NCBI GenBank assembly: GCA_964619785.1
Contig: CAZUGH010000002.1
Span: forward strand, 11,355 to 75,354
Direction of reading: 5' to 3'
Source: an uncultured Lachnospiraceae bacterium
GTDB taxonomy: Bacteria > Bacillota > Clostridia > Lachnospirales > Lachnospiraceae
Length of the DNA stretch: 64,000 bases
Shown: piece after piece, positions 58,676-64,000 of the stretch
Position numbering within the stretch: position 1 is the first letter of the stretch
Layout: each line of letters starts with the position of its first letter
Notes under the pieces: generated by a model
Seen by the model: the letters and a program-made list of their open reading frames with translations, nothing else
What the model was told of the DNA's origin: nothing
Database searches by the model: none
Position numbers and translations under genes: made by a program

Positions 58676-60715
58676 ATGACAAAAGAACAGGGTAGCTTAA
58701 GTATTGAGTCGGAAAATATGTTCCCCATTATTAAAAAGTGGTTGTATTCGGACCATGATATTTTCATTCGTGAGTTAGTATCCAATGGTTGTGACGCTAT
58801 CACGAAGTTGAAAAAGTTAGAGGTCATGGGTGAGTACACAATGCCAGATGACTATCAGCCAAGTATTCAGGTATATGTGAATTCGACGGATAAAACCATT
58901 CAGTTTGTCGATAATGGTATCGGAATGACAGCAGATGAAGTGAAAGAGTATATCAATAATGTAGCTTTTTCTGGTGCAACAGATTTCTTGGAGAAATACA
59001 AGGATAAAGCAAGTGAAGAGCAGATTATTGGTCACTTTGGTTTGGGATTCTATTCTGCATTCATGGTGGCTGACAAAGTGACGATTGAGACGAAGTCATA
59101 TCGAGATGGTTCTGAAGCAGTTCGCTGGGAATCTGAAGGTGGTATCGAATTTGAGATGGAGCCATGCGAGAAGGATACGATTGGTTCTACGATGACATTA
59201 TATCTCAATGAGGACAGCTATGAATTTTGCAATGATTATCGTGTTCGCGAAGTTCTTGAAAAGTATTGTTCCTTCATGCCAGTTGAGATTTTCCTGACGA
59301 AGACAGATGGAGAACCTGAGACTGAGACAGTGAACGAGGAAGAACTATTAGATACCGATGAGGTTATCGAGAAGTTTGATGAGAAGATTCCTGCGAAAGA
59401 GAAGACTGAGACACAGGAAGCAGAGCCTGAGAAGACAATTAAGAAGGCAAAGATTAAGAAGCGTCCGGTATCGTTGAGTGATACGACACCACTTTGGACC
59501 AAGCATCCAAATGATTGTACAGAGGATGAGTACAAGGATTTCTACCGCAAGGTATTCCATGATTACAAGGAACCATTATTCTGGATTCATTTGAATATGG
59601 ATTACCCATTTAATTTGAAAGGTATCCTGTATTTCCCTAAATTGAATACAGAGTACGACAACCTAGAAGGTACGATTAAGCTTTACAATAATCAGGTATT
59701 TATCGCAGACAATATTAAAGAAGTAATTCCAGAGTTTTTGATGTTATTAAAAGGTGTGATTGATTGCCCGGATTTGCCATTGAATGTATCTCGTAGTGCT
59801 TTGCAAAATGATGGATTTGTTAAGAAAATTTCGGATTATATTACGAAGAAGATAGCTGATAAATTGACAGGAATGTGCAAGACAGATCGTGAGAACTTTG
59901 AGAAGTATTGGGATGATATCAGTCCATTTATCAAGTTTGGTTGCCTCAAGGACGACAAGTTCAAGGAAAAAGTAGAAGATTATATCCTATATAAAGACTT
60001 AAATGATAAATACATGACCTTGCAGGAATATCTTGATGCAGAAGGAGTTCCTGAGGTTGAGGTAGTTGATGCGGGCGATGAAGAGAAGGATGACGAAGCA
60101 GAGAAACCTAAGACAACAGTTTACTATGTAACGGACCTTCAACAGCAGAGTCAATATATCAACATGTTTAAGGAAGAGGGCAAGGATGCCTTCATCATGA
60201 CGCATAACATTGACCAGCCATTTATCAATGCAGTAGAGCAGAGCAAGGAAAATGTTCAGTTCCTTCGTATTGATGCTGAATTGACAGATGACTTTAAGGA
60301 AACGGTTGCTGAGGATGAATTGAAGGAAGAGACAGAGACTTTAACGGATATGTTCAAGAAGGCACTTGGTAAGGACAACTTAGAGGTTAAGGTCGAAAAA
60401 TTAAAAAATGAAAAGGTTTCTTCTATGATTACGATGTCGGAACAGACCAGAAGAATGCAGGATATGATGAAAATGTATGCTGCGAATGGAATGGGATTTG
60501 GCATGGACATGGAAGGACAGGGAGAGACCCTGATTCTGAATGCGAACAACGACTTGGTTCAGTTTGTATTTGAACACAAGAAGAGCAAGAAGATTCCAAT
60601 GATTTGTCAGCAGCTGTACGATTTAGCTAAGCTATCAAATCAGCCATTATCACCAGAGGCAATGAGCAAATTCATTGAACGAAGCAATGAGATTATGATG
60701 CTTCTAACAAAATAA
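58676..60715 (+). CDS. htpG: Molecular chaperone HtpG (Hsp90)
   Basis: RELVSNGCDA, GHFGLGFYSAF, LNVSR. 679 aa. Confidence 0.95.
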   Translation: MTKEQGSLSIESENMFPIIKKWLYSDHDIFIRELVSNGCDAITKLKKLEVMGEYTMPDDYQPSIQVYVNSTDKTIQFVDNGIGMTADEVKEYINNVAFSGATDFLEKYKDKASEEQIIGHFGLGFYSAFMVADKVTIETKSYRDGSEAVRWESEGGIEFEMEPCEKDTIGSTMTLYLNEDSYEFCNDYRVREVLEKYCSFMPVEIFLTKTDGEPETETVNEEELLDTDEVIEKFDEKIPAKEKTETQEAEPEKTIKKAKIKKRPVSLSDTTPLWTKHPNDCTEDEYKDFYRKVFHDYKEPLFWIHLNMDYPFNLKGILYFPKLNTEYDNLEGTIKLYNNQVFIADNIKEVIPEFLMLLKGVIDCPDLPLNVSRSALQNDGFVKKISDYITKKIADKLTGMCKTDRENFEKYWDDISPFIKFGCLKDDKFKEKVEDYILYKDLNDKYMTLQEYLDAEGVPEVEVVDAGDEEKDDEAEKPKTTVYYVTDLQQQSQYINMFKEEGKDAFIMTHNIDQPFINAVEQSKENVQFLRIDAELTDDFKETVAEDELKEETETLTDMFKKALGKDNLEVKVEKLKNEKVSSMITMSEQTRRMQDMMKMYAANGMGFGMDMEGQGETLILNANNDLVQFVFEHKKSKKIPMICQQLYDLAKLSNQPLSPEAMSKFIERSNEIMMLLTK

Positions 60716-60721
60716 AATAAT

Positions 60722-60767
60722 AAAAAACACGCCGTGACTATGAGAGTAGTGATGGCGTGTTTTTTTC
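60722..60767. terminator. Bidirectional intrinsic terminator
   Basis: A-run, then ACACGCC ... GGCGTGT stem, then a T7 run. Lies between convergent genes. Confidence 0.7.
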
Positions 60768-61054
60768 TAGATTAGTGCCGAGATGAGCATAACAGCAATG
60801 ACGACGGCTACAAGTACATAGATAATCGAGGACAATTTTCTTGTTGGGAAAAGTCTGACTGCGTTGACGAGTAACAAAAGTGCTAGAAGCGCCATAGCAA
60901 TACAGTTCATAAGATATTCGTTGCCAATTCCGCATAGACCTAGAATCGCTACAATTAAAACAAGAACAGAAACAAGTGTCTGAACAATCAGGATGATTCG
61001 TTCACGTAAGGACATTTCTAAAAATGCAGATTTCAGTGTGGTTTTTTCGTTCAT
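60767..61054 (-). CDS. Small membrane protein (3 predicted TMs)
   Basis: 95-aa hydrophobic ORF with GGGA-type RBS. No family recognised. Confidence 0.45.
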   Translation of the reverse strand: MNEKTTLKSAFLEMSLRERIILIVQTLVSVLVLIVAILGLCGIGNEYLMNCIAMALLALLLLVNAVRLFPTRKLSSIIYVLVAVVIAVMLISALI

Positions 61055-61206
61055 GGTATCCCTCTTCTTTCACAGTTAATTAGTATCTTCAGTATAGCCT
61101 ATTTAGAAGGAAAAGAAAAGTATGTGTTTATTGACAGGATGGCATATACAATGTATGATAAATATATAGGTAAAACTATAATAACAAATCAGATTGGATA
61201 AATAGT

Positions 61207-62043
61207 ATGGCATATAAAATAATAGCAGATAGTTGCATGGAACTTACAGATGATATGAGGAAAAGTGGTGTTTTCACTAATGTTCCTCTACAGTTGCATA
61301 TTGGCGATGAGACAATTATTGATGATGAGACGTTTGATCAGATTTCTTTTTTAGAAAAGATGAATGGCTCACCAGAATGTCCAAAGTCATCTTGCCCTGC
61401 ACCAGAAGCTTTTGAACAGACTTTTGAAGGTGCAGATGAGATTTTTGTTGTATCGATATCTTCACAGCTTAGTGGAACATATAATAGTGCAAAGCTTGCT
61501 ATGATGGATTATCAGGATCAGCATCCCGAAGTGAAGATTCATGTAATTGACTCAAAGTCGGCTTCTTGCGGTGAAACTTTGATTGGAAGGAAGATTCAAG
61601 AGCTGAAGAGTAACGGGCTTTCGTTTGAGACGGTAGTTGATAAGATTGAAGAATATCGTGATCAGATTGACACGAAGTTTGTATTAGAATCGTTAGATAA
61701 CCTTCATAAGAATGGTCGATTGACAGGAATGACTGCTCTGATTTGTCATGCATTGAATATTAAGCCTGTGATGTGTGCCACACCAGAGGGAACGATTGAT
61801 AAGTTGAGTCAGGCACGTGGCATGAAGAATGCACTGAATAAGATGGTAGCGAGTATGGCTGAAGATGTTGGCAATGCAAAAGAGAAGATACTAGCGATTT
61901 CTCATTGTAATAATGCAGAACGTGCACGCTATGTCAAAGAACAGGTTGAGAAAGTAATCAACTTCCGCGAGATTCTGATTCTTGAGCAGAGAGGTCTCAG
62001 TACACTCTATGCAAATGAGGGTGGAATTATCGTTGCGTATTAA
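61207..62043 (+). CDS. DegV-family fatty-acid-binding protein
   Basis: IIADSCMEL N-terminus, SSQLSGTYNSA, and about 280 aa. Confidence 0.88.
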   Translation: MAYKIIADSCMELTDDMRKSGVFTNVPLQLHIGDETIIDDETFDQISFLEKMNGSPECPKSSCPAPEAFEQTFEGADEIFVVSISSQLSGTYNSAKLAMMDYQDQHPEVKIHVIDSKSASCGETLIGRKIQELKSNGLSFETVVDKIEEYRDQIDTKFVLESLDNLHKNGRLTGMTALICHALNIKPVMCATPEGTIDKLSQARGMKNALNKMVASMAEDVGNAKEKILAISHCNNAERARYVKEQVEKVINFREILILEQRGLSTLYANEGGIIVAY

Positions 62044-62095
62044 TATAAGAAAATGCTTTACAAACTGAGATTCATTGGATATAATAATAACCGAT

Positions 62096-62168
62096 GCTGG
62101 AATAACTCAGTTGGTAGAGTAGCTCATTCGTAATGAGCAAGCCGTGGGTTCGAGTCCCATTTCCAGCT
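62096..62168 (+). tRNA. tRNA-Thr (anticodon CGU)
   Basis: Cloverleaf read by eye: acceptor GCTGGAA/TTCCAGC, D arm ACTC-AGTTGGTA-GAGT, anticodon arm GCTCA-TTCGTAA-TGAGC, T arm GTGGG-TTCGAGT-CCCAT. CCA is not encoded. Confidence 0.85.
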
Positions 62169-62182
62169 TTATAGAATATGAG

Positions 62183-62210
62183 AAACTGGCCCCTAAGGTC
62201 AGTTTTTTTT
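62183..62210 (+). terminator. Intrinsic terminator after the tRNA
   Basis: AAACTGGCC-CCTAA-GGTCAGTTT hairpin followed by a T8 run. Confidence 0.65.
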
Positions 62211-62227
62211 CGGAGGAGAGAAAAAAT

Positions 62228-62710
62228 ATGTCATTAATAATCAAGCATGGTGATATCACGAAGATGAAGGTGGATGCCATTGTAAATGCAGCAAACACAA
62301 AGTTGAAACGGGGAAGTGGTGTGTGTGGAGCAATCTTTGCGGTAGCAGGTGCTGCAGAACTGCAAGCAGAGTGTGACAAGTTCAAGGGCTGTCCGATGGG
62401 ATACGCCGTAATTACGAAAGGGTATCAGTTGCCAGCACCATATATTATTCACACCGTTGGCCCTGTGTGGCAAGGCGGCATGATGGGCGAGGAATTCTTG
62501 CTGAGAAGCTGTTATCAGAAGTCACTTGAACTGGCGGACCAATATGGCATGAGTTCGATTGCATTTCCCTTGATTTCAACAGGGATTTTTGCTTACCCAA
62601 TGGAGGAAGCTAAAAAGATTGCAGAAGATACGATTCGTGAATTTTGCAAGACACACAATATCGATGTGTATCTGATGATATATAAGGAAGGGGAAGCGGA
62701 TGAAGATTAG
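62228..62710 (+). CDS. Macro-domain protein (ADP-ribose binding/hydrolase)
   Basis: GDITKMKVDAIVNAANTKLKRGSGVCGAI, and SIAFPLISTGIFAYP. ATG 62228 follows GGAGGAGAG. The listed upstream extension overlaps the tRNA. Confidence 0.85.
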   Translation: MSLIIKHGDITKMKVDAIVNAANTKLKRGSGVCGAIFAVAGAAELQAECDKFKGCPMGYAVITKGYQLPAPYIIHTVGPVWQGGMMGEEFLLRSCYQKSLELADQYGMSSIAFPLISTGIFAYPMEEAKKIAEDTIREFCKTHNIDVYLMIYKEGEADED

Positions 62711-63221
62711 TAAATATAATAAGAAGCAACAGCAAGAAGTGAATGATTTGGTTCGTGAATCCTTTGGCATAGAGGAGGGTGATCATGTTGTAGCCTTAAT
62801 TCAAGAGATTCGTGAGGGAAAATACTATCTGCCAGAATATGATTTGGTTGCAACAGAAGGAAATGAAGTGATTGGCCATTGCATGATATCAATATTACCA
62901 TTTGAAGATTGTCAGGAAGAGATGCTACTTTTGTCACCCGTTGCTGTGAAGAAAAGCTGGCAAAATAAGAGCATGGGAACTAAGATGGTGAGAGAAGCAT
63001 TAAAGAAGGTTAAGAATAAAAAATATTTAGGAATTATCGTAGAGGGTGATCCTCATTATTATCATAGATTTGGTTTTACTACATCTGTAGAATTCGGAAT
63101 TTTCGCAAATGAAGCCATCCAGATGCCAAGTGAAGAATGCCTGATGGCAATGGAACTTGTGGATGGCGGGCTAGATGGCTTCTTTGGTGAAGTTGATTTT
63201 TCGATTTATACAACCTTATAA
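62700..63221 (+). CDS. GNAT-family N-acetyltransferase
   Basis: LLSPVAVKKSWQNKSMGTKMV acetyl-CoA loop (Q/RxxGxG/A-like). 173 aa. Confidence 0.8.
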   Translation: MKISKYNKKQQQEVNDLVRESFGIEEGDHVVALIQEIREGKYYLPEYDLVATEGNEVIGHCMISILPFEDCQEEMLLLSPVAVKKSWQNKSMGTKMVREALKKVKNKKYLGIIVEGDPHYYHRFGFTTSVEFGIFANEAIQMPSEECLMAMELVDGGLDGFFGEVDFSIYTTL

Positions 63222-64000
63222 CAAGGCCTTGCATTCTTCAATACTAAAGACATGCTTTGCATTACAAAAATGACAATTCATCTCGATGGGTTCTCCATCG
63301 TCGACGATATCCTGGATATCCTTTTTACTGATTCGACTAAGAGCTTTATACATGCGTTCCTTAGAACAATTACAGTGAAACTGGGTATCTAGTTTATCGT
63401 TAATGTGATAATCGGTATCTGCAAATATTTTTCCCATAATATCTTCAGGAGTAAATCCTTGATCGAGAAGAGAAGTGATAGGTGGAAAATTGTTCAGTTT
63501 CTGTTCAAGTGCTGAGATGGTTTCCTCTGTGGCAAATGGCATCAGCTGAATGATATAACCACCGGCTTGACGAACTGTGTTGTTCTTTTCCATTAATACA
63601 CCAAGACTGACAGAGGTCGGAATCTGCTCGCTAGAAGCAAAATAGAATGTTAAATCCTCTGCAATCTCACCAGAAACAAGATGGGTCTGACCACTGTAGG
63701 GCTCTTTCATTCCAATATCTTTGATGACTGTCAATACACCGAGATCTACTGCTTTACCAACATCGAGTTTGCCTTTATCGCTTGCAGGGAGATGTACAAC
63801 TGGATTATTGGCGAATCCCTTGACATTACCAACAGCATCTGCGGTAACAGTCAAGCCCTCAACAGGACCGTTGCATTGAATCTGTAGTGTGATGAGGTCA
63901 GTATCATTTTTACACATATAACCCATCATCGCGCCGGCGGTCAACAAACGCCCTAAAGCGGCAGTGATAACGGGACTTGTACCATGAGCAGCACGTGCGG
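63216..64000 (-). CDS. hslO: Hsp33 redox-regulated chaperone (5-prime end beyond the window)
   Basis: C-terminal zinc centre CNCSKER ... CHFCN. The frame stays open to nt 64000, so the listed Met 63947 is internal. Confidence 0.9.
   Translation of the reverse strand, partial: ARAAHGTSPVITAALGRLLTAGAMMGYMCKNDTDLITLQIQCNGPVEGLTVTADAVGNVKGFANNPVVHLPASDKGKLDVGKAVDLGVLTVIKDIGMKEPYSGQTHLVSGEIAEDLTFYFASSEQIPTSVSLGVLMEKNNTVRQAGGYIIQLMPFATEETISALEQKLNNFPPITSLLDQGFTPEDIMGKIFADTDYHINDKLDTQFHCNCSKERMYKALSRISKKDIQDIVDDGEPIEMNCHFCNAKHVFSIEECKALL

Noticed and set aside
62107-62385. A minus-strand 92-aa ORF and the first 28 codons of the plus-strand ORF 62144-62710.
   Set aside because: Both overlap the tRNA-Thr gene and its terminator. 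The macro-domain gene has its own SD and an ATG at 62228.
1-64000. CRISPR arrays, rRNA genes, IS elements and prophage remnants.
   Set aside because: No regularly spaced direct repeats, no rRNA-like sequence, and no transposase, integrase or phage structural motifs were found in any listed ORF.

Overview
This is a densely coding chromosomal segment from a low-GC, spore-forming Firmicute. It looks Clostridia/Lachnospiraceae-like, based on an alpha/beta SASP gene, a perfect CIRCE operator, AGGAGG-type ribosome binding sites (RBS) and pyrK-pyrD class 1B DHOD. All family calls come from motifs read by eye; no searches were run. Most of the window is ordinary core genome, largely on the + strand: an RND efflux pump, murI, recU, glmM, tig-clpP-clpX-lon-engB, fabV/ter, a malic enzyme, rho, rpmE, DUF1385-prmC-prfA, trkH-trkA, NfeD-SPFH, argF, citrate synthase, coaX-dusB, asd, a pyrC-pyrF-(lipoprotein)-pyrK-pyrD-pyrE operon, a CNNM/CorC transporter, an ABC-F ATPase, a GlgX-like GH13 protein, htpG, degV, tRNA-Thr(CGU), macro-domain and GNAT genes, and the 3-prime part of hslO. 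The one clearly accessory block is 45051-52907, about 7.9 kb and 11 co-directional, partly overlapping genes. I read it as a highly divergent Tad/Flp-like type IV filament system. It contains a CpaF/TadA-type secretion ATPase, a ParA/MinD-fold protein with a destroyed P-loop, a single fused platform-like membrane protein, and a 982-aa secreted beta-helix/Ig-domain protein translationally coupled to a 60-aa Flp-like pilin. It also contains four more small proteins that share the same N-terminus; two of them are under 60 aa and absent from the ORF track. These pilin-like proteins have the Flp EYG-plus-hydrophobic-helix signature but no leader peptide and no -1 Gly, and the cluster has no prepilin peptidase. 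That combination is the most interesting signal in the window. Secondary observations are a ~300-aa coiled-coil insertion in the RND pump, a GlgX homologue with all catalytic carboxylates replaced, CIRCE in front of htpG, a Met-rich lipoprotein inside the pyr operon, a degenerate second Walker A in the ABC-F protein, and several places where terminator hairpins show the ORF-track starts are too long.
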